Positions 29,274 through 39,083 of a stretch of 64,000 bases of DNA are shown here, piece by piece. The translations under genes and the position numbers were made by a program. Under the pieces are notes generated by a model, which was not told the DNA's origin, ran no database searches, and was given only the letters and a program-made list of their open reading frames with translations. Origin of the DNA: a virus. The stretch spans positions 925-64,924 of IMG/VR virus record IMGVR_UViG_2545824693_000007. The stretch is one strand, 5' to 3'. Every line of letters starts with the position of its first letter. The first letter of the stretch is position 1.

Positions 29274-30341
29274 CTAAGAAAATAAATTATCGAATACATC
29301 AACCTTATCCTTTTTCTTAAACTGTTTTGACGATTTATCCAAGAACTCTTTATAAAACTTACATGTTTTTCGATGTCCACATAGTACGCTGCAGTAAAAA
29401 GAATTGTATTTGTTAATTTCAACAGGTTTCCATACAGCTTCGTTACTTGCATCTTTAGATTCAATTTCATTTACTGTATTGACAACATAATCTTTTAATT
29501 CATTTATCCTTTCTTCAGTAATTTCATATTCAACGATACAATCTTCTAACCAATATTTATTTTTTATTTCATCAGGTAAACACTCTAAAGTGTTTTGTTT
29601 TACGGCATTGTCCAGTAGTAATTCGATTTCAAAATCATCCATTCCATTGTTTTTCAGATCTTTCTCAAGTTGATTTCGAATCTCCTTAACCCACTTGCCG
29701 CGATTGCACATTTTCTTTTTAATTTTTTTCTTTCCTTGGGAACATACATAAACATATTTGATCATAAACCACATGATCTTATCTACTTTTAGGTTTGTAG
29801 TGTTTTCAATAGCCAATTTATACATTAACAGTTGTCGACCAGCTTCGTTCAACTTCTTCCCGGTAAACTTACTTGATGTTTTCCAGTCGTATATATTTAC
29901 ATATGGTTTGCCTTTTTCACTTGGCAGAATAGCGTCAACGTACCCTTGAAAATAAACTCCATCTGTAATTTCAAATACAAGCAGCTTTTCTAAAATCATT
30001 TTGCTGTCAATTTTATTAAAGTTGTTTATAAAATGACCGACATCTGCTTTCCAACTGTCCCCGATAGTTTCACTTGGAAAACTGATCCCATTCATTTCTA
30101 ATTCAAGTAATCTATTTTCAAAGTCTTTTTTGAATTTCTCTATGTCCAGTTTATTACGATAAATCTGTTCAATACCATCGTGTAATTCAGATCCCATGAT
30201 GGTATAAATATTCTCAATGCCTTTCTTTTTTAAAATGTATGTATTGTAATATTCATATTCACAGTTATTAAAGGTTCCTAGTTTGGAAAATGAATAAATG
30301 TTCTTCCCTTGCTCCTTCAATTCATTTAATTTATCTTCCAA
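29274..30341 (-). CDS. PD-(D/E)xK nuclease (AddB/Cas4-like fold)
   Basis: YSFSKL...C...GSELH; GYVD; YDWKTS; QLLMY; C-terminal Cys cluster. Confidence 0.8.
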   Translation of the reverse strand: MEDKLNELKEQGKNIYSFSKLGTFNNCEYEYYNTYILKKKGIENIYTIMGSELHDGIEQIYRNKLDIEKFKKDFENRLLELEMNGISFPSETIGDSWKADVGHFINNFNKIDSKMILEKLLVFEITDGVYFQGYVDAILPSEKGKPYVNIYDWKTSSKFTGKKLNEAGRQLLMYKLAIENTTNLKVDKIMWFMIKYVYVCSQGKKKIKKKMCNRGKWVKEIRNQLEKDLKNNGMDDFEIELLLDNAVKQNTLECLPDEIKNKYWLEDCIVEYEITEERINELKDYVVNTVNEIESKDASNEAVWKPVEINKYNSFYCSVLCGHRKTCKFYKEFLDKSSKQFKKKDKVDVFDNLFS

Positions 30342-30356
30342 TTAACCATCTCCTTT

Positions 30357-31379
30357 TCATACCCAGATCGTACAATTTCTAATCAATCTGTGAAGAGTAT
30401 CTTTATCAAGATCTGCAGGTGCAAGTTTTGAACCTTTCGGCAAATACATGTTTTCTTTATCAAAAACATACCCAACATCATTTTGAAAGAAATTCTCGAA
30501 TTTTAAGTTCTTGGCAATTTCTACACTATGCTCTTCTTCTAGTCCTTCATCAAGCATCACTAATATTTTTTTTGGGAACATTGATTTGATATTGTTTGCT
30601 TGAACCTCACTTAAAAAACTTCCTCCTAAAGAAATACCAACGTTTATTCCTTTGCTAGTCAATGACATAGTGTGTTTTTCTGATTCACCAATCATCACTA
30701 TCCCTTTTTCTCGAATTGCATCATAATTTTCAACAAAACCATACAATGTTTTAGATTTAGGGAAAGGAATTATAGGCAGCCATTTTGTTTCCCCCTCATT
30801 AATTTGTTTTTTGTTCAATCTACCCATCACTCCACATAACTCCCCACTAAAGGTTTTCCACGGAACAGTTATTCTTCCAGTTACACAATCGTATCCCACA
30901 TTGAAAACCCGCTGAGCAAATAAAGAGATTCCATCTTGATAAAAGAGAAGATTCGGCTTTGATTCATACCTATCTAGAATTTCATCATTATACGTTTCTA
31001 TGTCCAAATTTTGAGGATTGCTAAATTTCTTTAGCTTTTTGTAAAACCCTCCAAACGGTGTTTTAGGAGCTTCTATTTCAACAAAATCATCTTCTCTAAA
31101 ACCGATTATTTTTGCTATTCTTTGAATTGTTTTAGGAAATGAGAGCCCTAGCTTGTCACGTATAAGAGTTATGAGATCCCCATTTAAGTTTGTTGAAAAA
31201 CAAAAAGCACTTAGTGTTTGCTTATTGACTTTAACTGACGTTGGGTTTCTTCCTGCTTCCCTTGCACATCTGTATTCATCACCGCGGTCATAAACCTTAA
31301 AAAAACCCGTCTCTTCTAGAATTTGTTTTATGTATTCTGGTTTTTCAATTATGTAATTTTTAAGAGCATATACGTCCAT
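30357..31379 (-). CDS. yorJ: Phage DNA primase (TOPRIM)
   Basis: MIGESEK, MLDEG; adjacent to the helicase. Confidence 0.75.
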   Translation of the reverse strand: MDVYALKNYIIEKPEYIKQILEETGFFKVYDRGDEYRCAREAGRNPTSVKVNKQTLSAFCFSTNLNGDLITLIRDKLGLSFPKTIQRIAKIIGFREDDFVEIEAPKTPFGGFYKKLKKFSNPQNLDIETYNDEILDRYESKPNLLFYQDGISLFAQRVFNVGYDCVTGRITVPWKTFSGELCGVMGRLNKKQINEGETKWLPIIPFPKSKTLYGFVENYDAIREKGIVMIGESEKHTMSLTSKGINVGISLGGSFLSEVQANNIKSMFPKKILVMLDEGLEEEHSVEIAKNLKFENFFQNDVGYVFDKENMYLPKGSKLAPADLDKDTLHRLIRNCTIWV

Positions 31380-31401
31380 GAATTCACCTACCCTTCGGCA
31401 A

Positions 31402-32874
31402 TCATGTACGCTGATGTTTTGGAGTACAATACCCTAGCTCTGTCCACTTATTCCAGGCTCCATCGAACTGAAAAAGAATTACTGTTTCACCCTCGTCATT
31501 TCTTGTCTTATCTAAAAAGACTAATCTATATTTTTTATTTGGATCTAATTCTAAATACTCTTTTGTTTTTGTATATTTTCCCTTGGAATCTTTCTTAAAT
31601 CGATATGGTTTTACATCATATTTTTTACCAGGAAACTCATCTTCCCATAATGGCCGAGTTAAAACCAATTCTGAAACGATTTCTTTTACCCCTTTTGCAT
31701 TAGATAGGCAAGCTGCAGTTAAATATCTTGTGTTTTCCATGTATATAGCTAATTGCATTGTAATAATGATGCCGATGTTTTCTTTTTCTGCTACCTGAAG
31801 AAGTTGTTTTGATGCTTCGACCAACTCCCCTGTTACTGTTGCAGATGATGCATCTTCAGCTTTAAAAGTATCGTAAAGCATATATCCAAAACCTTGCTTT
31901 GCCATTTTTCTCATAATTCTTTTAACATCATTGATACTGTAATCATAAATTTTTGCAAATTTAATTCTTCCCTTATAATGATCTTCATAATATTTTTTGG
32001 CTTCTTTCAATTTGTTAAATTGTTCTTCATTTAAATTCCCCATTTTTTGTTTCTTTCTCGGAAGACCATAATAACCGATTTTGGAAGATAGAATTGTCGC
32101 CATAAACATATGCTGCCATGCTCGTTTGTTCATTTCGTTTGCGATTATTGTTATTTTTTCACCTTGATCTAAAATTGGCATCACATGTGTCCTTATGCAA
32201 AAACTTGTTTTTCCCGTACCACTAAATCCACCGAAAACTTGAACATTTGATTTGTGAAGACCTAATGTGTGATAATTCAAAAGTGGAGCTGCTTCAGCAT
32301 AACTCAATCCCATTTCTTCCCCATTCTTGATGGAATCAATAAAATCATCCCCCAAATCTAAATCCTCAATCTTTATTCCAGCACCTCGCCCTAAAAATAC
32401 ATTGTCTAATTGATATTCAAAGTAACTATACAACTGAGAACTGGTCATTTTCTTAAACTTATCAAGCTCTTTTGCTACATTAAATCCTTTATCATACAAC
32501 TGCAATAACATATTGCTTTTAATTAGTTCATCAAAGTATGTATCAATATTTTCTTCATTTAAAACACTCTTGATTTCATCAACAGTCTTGATTCCGCCTC
32601 TTCTTATAAATCCATTTTTAATTGCATCCTTGCCTTCTATATAACTGAATATGCTCGCGTCATCAAAACTTCTATAATTCATGTTGCACATTTCAAGACC
32701 AAGAGTATAATAAAACTTTCCATCCTCAGTTAACAAGTCTCTGTCTGCACGAATTTCTTTTTTATAATCATCATACAAGTCTGGATTCTTCCATAAACAA
32801 AAGATAAAACTTGCTTCAATTTGTTCTCTGTTTTCAGTAAGCTCACTAGGATAGCTGTCAAGGGAATTCATCAT
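31402..32874 (-). CDS. yorI: DnaB-like replicative helicase
   Basis: GGFSGTGKT Walker A, ANEM, LYDTFK, TMQL, DKTRN. Confidence 0.88.
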   Translation of the reverse strand: MMNSLDSYPSELTENREQIEASFIFCLWKNPDLYDDYKKEIRADRDLLTEDGKFYYTLGLEMCNMNYRSFDDASIFSYIEGKDAIKNGFIRRGGIKTVDEIKSVLNEENIDTYFDELIKSNMLLQLYDKGFNVAKELDKFKKMTSSQLYSYFEYQLDNVFLGRGAGIKIEDLDLGDDFIDSIKNGEEMGLSYAEAAPLLNYHTLGLHKSNVQVFGGFSGTGKTSFCIRTHVMPILDQGEKITIIANEMNKRAWQHMFMATILSSKIGYYGLPRKKQKMGNLNEEQFNKLKEAKKYYEDHYKGRIKFAKIYDYSINDVKRIMRKMAKQGFGYMLYDTFKAEDASSATVTGELVEASKQLLQVAEKENIGIIITMQLAIYMENTRYLTAACLSNAKGVKEIVSELVLTRPLWEDEFPGKKYDVKPYRFKKDSKGKYTKTKEYLELDPNKKYRLVFLDKTRNDEGETVILFQFDGAWNKWTELGYCTPKHQRT

Positions 32875-33413
32875 ATGTCCTCCTCATCCAAAAAATCAAG
32901 TATGTTTCCCTTGTTATTAGAATTTGAATTAGGAGTTACCTTTTCCATTTCATTAATAATGCCGAAGTCCAAAACATTGTTCTCTTCTTCAATTTTTTGT
33001 TTCTGTTTATACCTCCATTTCTTATACACGTCATTTATGTTGCTCTCTATGATCTTCATAACATATCTAACCATATGATATTCGCTGCAAAAATTTTTAG
33101 CATTGAGCCAATATTTAATGTCTGATTGACATACATTAAAACATTCTTGAATTACTTCGTAGTCATAAAATGTATGTAGATCGTTTATACTCTTTACCAT
33201 GACAGGAGGTATGATTTGTCCAGGATCATATTCAAAAACTTCCTCGGAAATGAATTTGAATAGGTTATCTCTTTTTAATTTCTCTTTTATAAAACGTTCA
33301 TACTCTTCCATGTTACAATAATATTTATTTTTTCCATTTTGATCTGTGACTTTATAAAAAGTATCGGTGTTCCCTTTCGCTTTACATATCTGACAAACAC
33401 ATCTTCTAGCCAA
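32871..33413 (-). CDS. yorH: Replication-associated protein
   Basis: CQIC...YYCN; ATGA-coupled to the helicase. Confidence 0.65.
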   Translation of the reverse strand: MARRCVCQICKAKGNTDTFYKVTDQNGKNKYYCNMEEYERFIKEKLKRDNLFKFISEEVFEYDPGQIIPPVMVKSINDLHTFYDYEVIQECFNVCQSDIKYWLNAKNFCSEYHMVRYVMKIIESNINDVYKKWRYKQKQKIEEENNVLDFGIINEMEKVTPNSNSNNKGNILDFLDEEDI

Positions 33414-33469
33414 GAAAACTCTCCCCTCATATAAATCATAGGGGAGGATATACTCCCCTATTTGTTTAT

Positions 33470-34588
33470 TTAGTTACTTAAAACATTAACAATTTTCTTG
33501 AATGCTTCAGTTGGTGTGGTATCAATTCCTTTGAAATCCTTAATACCATACTCCTCCATGATTTTTTTCATTTTTTCTTTTGCTTCCTCTGTTGCAGTAG
33601 CGAATAACGTTTTAATTTTTTCTGTTAATTCTTCATTCTTGGTGGCATCAATTTTATTAGATACATCCTCAACTGCAATTTTAATTTCTTCTTCTTTCTG
33701 TTTCTCTTGTACTTCTTTTTCCTCTTGAATATTACGGGATTTGTTTTTTTGTTTTTCAAAAGCTGCTTTAATTGCTCCTTGAATTGCTTTAATAAACTCG
33801 TCTTTATCTAAAGGGATTGCAGGAACAATATCTGAAAACCTGGATTTAGAATCAATATTAAAATTATCATCTCTAAACGTAATGATTCTTGATTCATCAA
33901 CAACAGTCCCAATCGTTTTGTCTGGGCCAATTTTTTGCTTAACAGTTTTCTTTTCAATTGAGCGATTGATGGATGCAACCCCTAAAACATGAAGCTTAGT
34001 CTTAATTGCATTAAAGTATTTGTGCGTCATGTTAGTTGTCAACATGTCATATTCTAACCCTGTAACCACGTCTGTCATTGTTCTCTTCTTCGTATGTCCC
34101 AAAATAAACATACTGATACCGACATTCTTTAATTCCCACATTTTTTCGAGAATCAATTCAATAGCTTTATCCTCACCTGCCTGGAATCCACCAAATGCTG
34201 CTTTAATTGTATTTACTCTTTTCTCAGGATTAGCTTTATTATGTAATCGAATAACTTCAGGTTCTGTTATTTTAATCAATTCATCAAAAGTATCGTAGAC
34301 TAATACTTTCAAATCTTTATAATCTGTCGTTCTATTCTCAATGATATCCTCAATAATCTTTTTAAAAGTATCCCAGTCTGGAATATCTTCATAAGAAGCG
34401 TCTGGAATTGCGTCAATTCCATCTTCCTTACCAATATTCAAAATCATATAACCATCTTCACCAACTAGGCTCTCACATACCTCTTTTGCCAAAGTAGTTT
34501 TCCCAATTCCAGATTCTCCAATAACTCCAATGTTATAATCAAGTGGATCAAGTTTAATTTTGTTTTTCTTGCCAAAACGTCTCGCCAT
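33470..34588 (-). CDS. yorG: AAA_24/Sak4-like ATPase
   Basis: GESGIGKT, YDTFDE, LGHTK. Confidence 0.8.
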   Translation of the reverse strand: MARRFGKKNKIKLDPLDYNIGVIGESGIGKTTLAKEVCESLVGEDGYMILNIGKEDGIDAIPDASYEDIPDWDTFKKIIEDIIENRTTDYKDLKVLVYDTFDELIKITEPEVIRLHNKANPEKRVNTIKAAFGGFQAGEDKAIELILEKMWELKNVGISMFILGHTKKRTMTDVVTGLEYDMLTTNMTHKYFNAIKTKLHVLGVASINRSIEKKTVKQKIGPDKTIGTVVDESRIITFRDDNFNIDSKSRFSDIVPAIPLDKDEFIKAIQGAIKAAFEKQKNKSRNIQEEKEVQEKQKEEEIKIAVEDVSNKIDATKNEELTEKIKTLFATATEEAKEKMKKIMEEYGIKDFKGIDTTPTEAFKKIVNVLSN

Positions 34589-34639
34589 GTTTTTATACCT
34601 CTCCTTTTAATTAGTGTTATTCTTTATATCATTCAACAA

Positions 34640-35878
34640 TTATGAAAACAAGTCATCAAATGCAGCCTCTTTTTCTTCCTCAGTAGGCTTTGTTTCTTCT
34701 TTTTCCTGTTTTTCTTTATTTTTTGGTTCCTCTGAAACATAAACTAAGTCTTCAACTTCATATGTAGACTCAATTGCTCCCTCAGTGAAATTATTAGCAT
34801 CATTTTTTTTCTTCAAAATCGGTTTAATCAGTCTATTTTCTTCTCGACTTTCACCTAATAACCCCCCCTTAGGTTTAAAGTCATCAAGAGTATTTAAACC
34901 TAATGCAATCATTTCTTTTTGGCTAGCAGTTAAATTTTCTTCAGTAAATTCAATCTCATCTGCACCTCTGAAAATGTTCACTTCCCATTGTAAATGGTAA
35001 ACACCTTTCCCCTTTACTTTAAAGAAGCTTTTTAATAACTCTAAACGTTTCATGTGCATTTCATTATCAAAGTCTAATTTTTGAGCATTGATAATTAATT
35101 GCTGAGGAAAAAATCTATCCTTTTTGATTTGGTTATCATAACTGAGAACATATCCATCTATGTATAATTTCTTTTCTTCCTTGAAATCTTTTTCATCTAA
35201 TGAATCTTTAGTAAAGAAAATATCCATTGTGGCTCTCAACTGAGATGGAGTTTCATTACTTACAATTTCCATGCTGCGAATGGAGAATTTCCTAAAGACT
35301 CTTCCTTGCCATGAGTTATATTGAATATCTCCTTTGATCTTGAATTTTCTGTCCTTATACTTTTCAAGGTTTTCTGACAAGAATTGAATTGCATCATATT
35401 CATGAATAAATTCGAATCCATTTGTATTTAATTCTTTGTATTCTTGTTTCAGTTTAGATAATTTCTCTTTGTCATCATCGGTCAAATCATCTTTTATTTC
35501 TAACCCTCTAATTTTGTATCTCAATTCTTTTAATTTGTCTTTATTAGACTCCTCATTTAAATCAATAATGATTTTTGAGAAATCAGCCACCATGTCTACT
35601 GTTTCTTCATTCAAACGATCTTCCCACGGAATTTCTAATTTGGAACCTTTATTATTTTCAGTCCCTTTACTGAAAGAGAATACTTTATTTGGTTTGCTTT
35701 TAGAATACCCGCCTTCAATTTCAACAAAGACGCTATTTGTCTTAGACTCCTGAATTGCAAAATTTAGACGATGTTTAACCCACCCTGAATCAAATTCAGT
35801 GATATCATGGAATTTCTCTTTGTTGTTTGGGATAAATAAGGTTCCAATGAATTCAAATGTATTGTATAATCTGCTCAA
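34640..35878 (-). CDS. Putative ssDNA-binding protein (yorF-like)
   Basis: Position; beta-rich; acidic tail ending AAFDDLFS. Confidence 0.55.
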   Translation of the reverse strand: MSRLYNTFEFIGTLFIPNNKEKFHDITEFDSGWVKHRLNFAIQESKTNSVFVEIEGGYSKSKPNKVFSFSKGTENNKGSKLEIPWEDRLNEETVDMVADFSKIIIDLNEESNKDKLKELRYKIRGLEIKDDLTDDDKEKLSKLKQEYKELNTNGFEFIHEYDAIQFLSENLEKYKDRKFKIKGDIQYNSWQGRVFRKFSIRSMEIVSNETPSQLRATMDIFFTKDSLDEKDFKEEKKLYIDGYVLSYDNQIKKDRFFPQQLIINAQKLDFDNEMHMKRLELLKSFFKVKGKGVYHLQWEVNIFRGADEIEFTEENLTASQKEMIALGLNTLDDFKPKGGLLGESREENRLIKPILKKKNDANNFTEGAIESTYEVEDLVYVSEEPKNKEKQEKEETKPTEEEKEAAFDDLFS

Positions 35879-35952
35879 AAATCATTCCTCCATATTATTA
35901 TAATTATACTTTTAATTGATTTAAAATAATGACTCAAAGTTGTTTATGTACG

Positions 35953-36285
35953 CTACCTGGCTGTGCAATGCTTTCTGTAATACTTTATGTCTTTGATGCC
36001 TAAAGCTTTCGATAATTCTATGTATCTTTTCTTCGAAAATCTTGGTCTCTTATGGTTTACTATTTTAATAACCTTCCCATTTCTCACGGTTATGTGGAGA
36101 TCATGGTACATATAAACCTTAGAAAAGAGCCCACTTCTTAGAATACGCTCCGGCGCTTCATCTTGAACCAGTTTTACATTTCGTGTAAGCTTCGCTCTTG
36201 CCTGTTCTTCCGTTATGTTTTTATTCCCCTTGACGCTTTCCCTGTAGTAATTTAAAGCGTCGTCTGTAACGTTTAACATCTTCAT
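35953..36285 (-). CDS. Hypothetical protein (yorE-like), first gene of the replication operon
   Basis: ORF following a motif-containing promoter. Confidence 0.6.
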   Translation of the reverse strand: MKMLNVTDDALNYYRESVKGNKNITEEQARAKLTRNVKLVQDEAPERILRSGLFSKVYMYHDLHITVRNGKVIKIVNHKRPRFSKKRYIELSKALGIKDIKYYRKHCTAR

Positions 36286-36316
36286 TTTCTCACCTCTCTC
36301 TCAACGGGATGATTAC

Positions 36317-36345
36317 ATTATATCCTTTTAATTTGTTTATGTAAA
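36317..36345 (-). promoter_or_regulatory. Sigma-A promoter with the phage repeated motif as its spacer
   Basis: TTTACA-taaacaaattaaaagga-TATAAT. Confidence 0.75.
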
Positions 36346-36435
36346 CACTAATTAAAAATTTTTTAAAATTAACAGGTTAACATAACACTTTGTAACATTC
36401 TATTTATATTTAATTTTTCTAAAATTAAGAATTAT

Positions 36436-36475
36436 ATATTCCCATCTTTACTTGTAAATGGGAATATTGTATTAT
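36436..36475 (+). promoter_or_regulatory. Promoter of the toxin operon, overlapped by a 10-bp inverted repeat
   Basis: TTTACT-17-TATTAT; ATATTCCCAT-12-ATGGGAATAT. Confidence 0.45.
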
Positions 36476-36529
36476 TTTATTTGCATTGATTAAATTATGG
36501 TGAAAAAGGTAATTGAAAGAGGTTGTTAG

Positions 36530-37420
36530 ATGAAAAAAGTTTTTTTTACTTTTATTTTGTTAATATTACTAGCTAGTTGCACTAATAACAGCTCCCAAAT
36601 TTCTTTTTCAAAAAGCGACTGCGAAAAAAATTGGGCACTTTGCGCTGTTTTCCCAAATGAAAAAGTCAAATTCTATTCACCTAAAGAACCTATAAAGGTA
36701 GCATTATTGGATAGTGGAGTAAGTAGTTCTCTATCAATTTTTAAGAATAGTTCAATAATTTCATATGATGCTATAAACAATAAGCCTACTACCATAGATT
36801 CTTTAGGTCATGGTACAGCCATAGCCAGTATCTTATTGGCTCCTGCTAATAAGAAAACAGTTCATGGCGTATCACCTAAAGTGAAATTATTTGATGTAAA
36901 GGTACTAAACGATAAAGGAGGTGGTGACGTTGATAATGTAATTAACGGAATCGATTGGAGTATCAAGCAGGATGTTGACATCATTAATCTTAGCTTTGGT
37001 TTTCAAAAAGATGACAAAAAGTTAAAACATGCAATTGATAAAGCAATCGAGAAAAATATTATAGTTATCGCTTCTGCCGGCAATACATTAGGTCTTTCAA
37101 CAGATTATCCAGCAAAGTATCAAAATGTGATATCTGTTTCTTCTGTTGATAAAAACCTAAGAAGAGATAAATTTGCAGCTAAAGGTAAGGTTGACTTTGT
37201 TGCACCTGGCGTTCAAGTTCCTGTTTTAACTCCTTCCGGTAAATTAGAAACTGTTGATGGCACATCATTTGCAACGGCTTTTGTCACAGGTATAGTATCC
37301 AATATCCTATCTAAAAATCCAGAGTTTGAAAGGGAAGATGTCTTGAATTTTTTAAAGAGCACAGCAAAAGATTTGGGGAAGAAAGAAGATTATGGTTACG
37401 GGTTAATACAATATAACTAA
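36530..37420 (+). CDS. S8 subtilisin-like serine protease, lipoprotein
   Basis: Lipobox LASC17; D61 (LLDSG), H94 (GHGT), N185 (SAGN), S246 (GTSFA); no propeptide. Confidence 0.93.
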   Translation: MKKVFFTFILLILLASCTNNSSQISFSKSDCEKNWALCAVFPNEKVKFYSPKEPIKVALLDSGVSSSLSIFKNSSIISYDAINNKPTTIDSLGHGTAIASILLAPANKKTVHGVSPKVKLFDVKVLNDKGGGDVDNVINGIDWSIKQDVDIINLSFGFQKDDKKLKHAIDKAIEKNIIVIASAGNTLGLSTDYPAKYQNVISVSSVDKNLRRDKFAAKGKVDFVAPGVQVPVLTPSGKLETVDGTSFATAFVTGIVSNILSKNPEFEREDVLNFLKSTAKDLGKKEDYGYGLIQYN

Positions 37421-37431
37421 GAAAAAGGAGA

Positions 37432-38328
37432 ATGAAATTGAAATATTTTATTAGCTTTTTGTTAGCTGTTTTTGTATTTTATAACGTAGGGACAAGTTTT
37501 TCCTTTGCAACAACAAATCAAACACAAAACAATTATCAAGATGTAATTAATAAGGAGCAAATAGAATCTGAAACAGAAGATTTCTTTGGTGAGTCTGTCA
37601 ATGGTAATGATGTTGCATTAGAAAGCCAAGTCGATGGTAATGAAGCAACTATTCAAACAAAGATTGAAACAGATGATTTATCGGTTGATGGTGAATTAGA
37701 ATTAAATCTAGAAACTAGTGACATGATTGTTTCCGCAGAAGCAACAGATGATAATGGTACACTTTTTCAAGGCGATTTTGATGTAGAATTACAAGATGTA
37801 AATGATGATGGGGATTTTATTGCAACTTTAACTGATATTGAAACAGGAGAACAATTTAAAGTAAATACTGCTGAAGTTAAAGCCTCATGGTATCCTTTAG
37901 TTGTAATTGCTATTACTGTTGCACGTATTGGTATTAAACAAGCTATTAAGAAATTTGGAAAATCAAGTGTTAAAAAAGCAACTAAAAAGTATGGTAAAAA
38001 AACCTCAGCGTCAAAAGCTGTACGAAAAGTAAATATGTCGAAATTAGATTCTCATTACAAAAAGCACAAAAAAGAGTTCGGTAATATCTCCAAATCTCAA
38101 TATTTGAATAAAGCACGAACCTTTTTAGGGAAAGCTACTAGCAAAACAGTTCTCCAAAAAAGAAGCAAGAAAAAATTCAATGGTAAATATCGTTACTATA
38201 AGTATAATAAAAAGACCAATGAATTTTTAGCAGTAGAACGACAAAAGGATAAGGATGTGATTATTACATATTTCAAGCCAAAACATCCAAATAAAAAAGC
38301 TGGTTATGAATATTATAAACGGCAATAA
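37432..38328 (+). CDS. Secreted polymorphic pro-toxin (SAR2788-like N-terminus, RNase-like C-terminal domain)
   Basis: Signal peptide; acidic beta-rich prodomain; amphipathic cationic helix; HYKKHKKEFG...YL..A..F...YNKKTNEF...IITYFKP. Confidence 0.75.
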   Translation: MKLKYFISFLLAVFVFYNVGTSFSFATTNQTQNNYQDVINKEQIESETEDFFGESVNGNDVALESQVDGNEATIQTKIETDDLSVDGELELNLETSDMIVSAEATDDNGTLFQGDFDVELQDVNDDGDFIATLTDIETGEQFKVNTAEVKASWYPLVVIAITVARIGIKQAIKKFGKSSVKKATKKYGKKTSASKAVRKVNMSKLDSHYKKHKKEFGNISKSQYLNKARTFLGKATSKTVLQKRSKKKFNGKYRYYKYNKKTNEFLAVERQKDKDVIITYFKPKHPNKKAGYEYYKRQ

Positions 38329-38358
38329 TTAAATAAAATAATAAATGGGGGATCAATA

Positions 38359-38718
38359 TTGGAAAAAGAATTATATTCCTGTCTAGTATGCGGATATAAA
38401 GGATTAAATGAAAAACTTTTAGATAATGGCGAGTATCAAAAAACATTTGAAATTTGTCCATGTTGCAATTTTGAATTTGGCTACAGTGAAGATCATGATG
38501 TGAGTTTAGGCTTTATTGTAACTCCAGATCATTTAATTGAGGCTGCATTTCAATTGTATCGAAAACAATGGATCGAGGCTGGGATGAAAATTGCTCATCC
38601 TGAAGAAATTCCAGAAGATTTAAAAAATGGGGAGTGCTTAAAATTTGAAGTTTTAATGAAACAATTGAAAGCCCTAAATCTTGACATGGAAAATCTCGAT
38701 ATTGATGGCATTAATTAA
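38359..38718 (+). CDS. Cys-rich CPCC-type immunity protein
   Basis: CLVCGY...EICPCCNFEFGY...YRKQWI; acidic; directly after the toxin. Confidence 0.7.
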   Translation: MEKELYSCLVCGYKGLNEKLLDNGEYQKTFEICPCCNFEFGYSEDHDVSLGFIVTPDHLIEAAFQLYRKQWIEAGMKIAHPEEIPEDLKNGECLKFEVLMKQLKALNLDMENLDIDGIN

Positions 38719-38730
38719 TATCCCAACCTT

Positions 38731-38756
38731 AGAAAAAGCCCTTATGGGCTTTTTCT
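38731..38756 (+). terminator. Rho-independent terminator
   Basis: AGAAAAAGCCC-TTAT-GGGCTTTTTCT. Confidence 0.8.
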
Positions 38757-39010
38757 TATCTACTCACTAAAATACACATATACAGGGATACTCTTGCTAT
38801 CACTCCCCCACCGTTAATTAACTTCCCGTTAAAATGACAGTTTTATTGAATCTTCTTCACGGTAATGAAATGGGTATCCCCAATGAGACTTTAGGTTCTT
38901 TTTGAAATAAGTTATGTCTCGTATAATAACAAAATAGTGGACTATATGTTTTTAGATCAAATTCAATTTTTGTCCTTTCTTTTATAACCAAAAATTTCTT
39001 AGGGAATATA

Positions 39011-39039
39011 TTGATTTTTATCCAAATATTTAATATAGT
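39011..39039 (+). promoter_or_regulatory. Putative sigma-A promoter
   Basis: TTGATT-17-TATAGT. Confidence 0.45.
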
Positions 39040-39083
39040 TAGCAATATATTAAATTAATGGTTATTAAAGGAGGAGTAAAGAA

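Noticed and set aside
29274-30341. Cas4 / CRISPR adaptation gene
   Set aside because: Shares the fold only; it sits in the replication operon with no cas1 or array.
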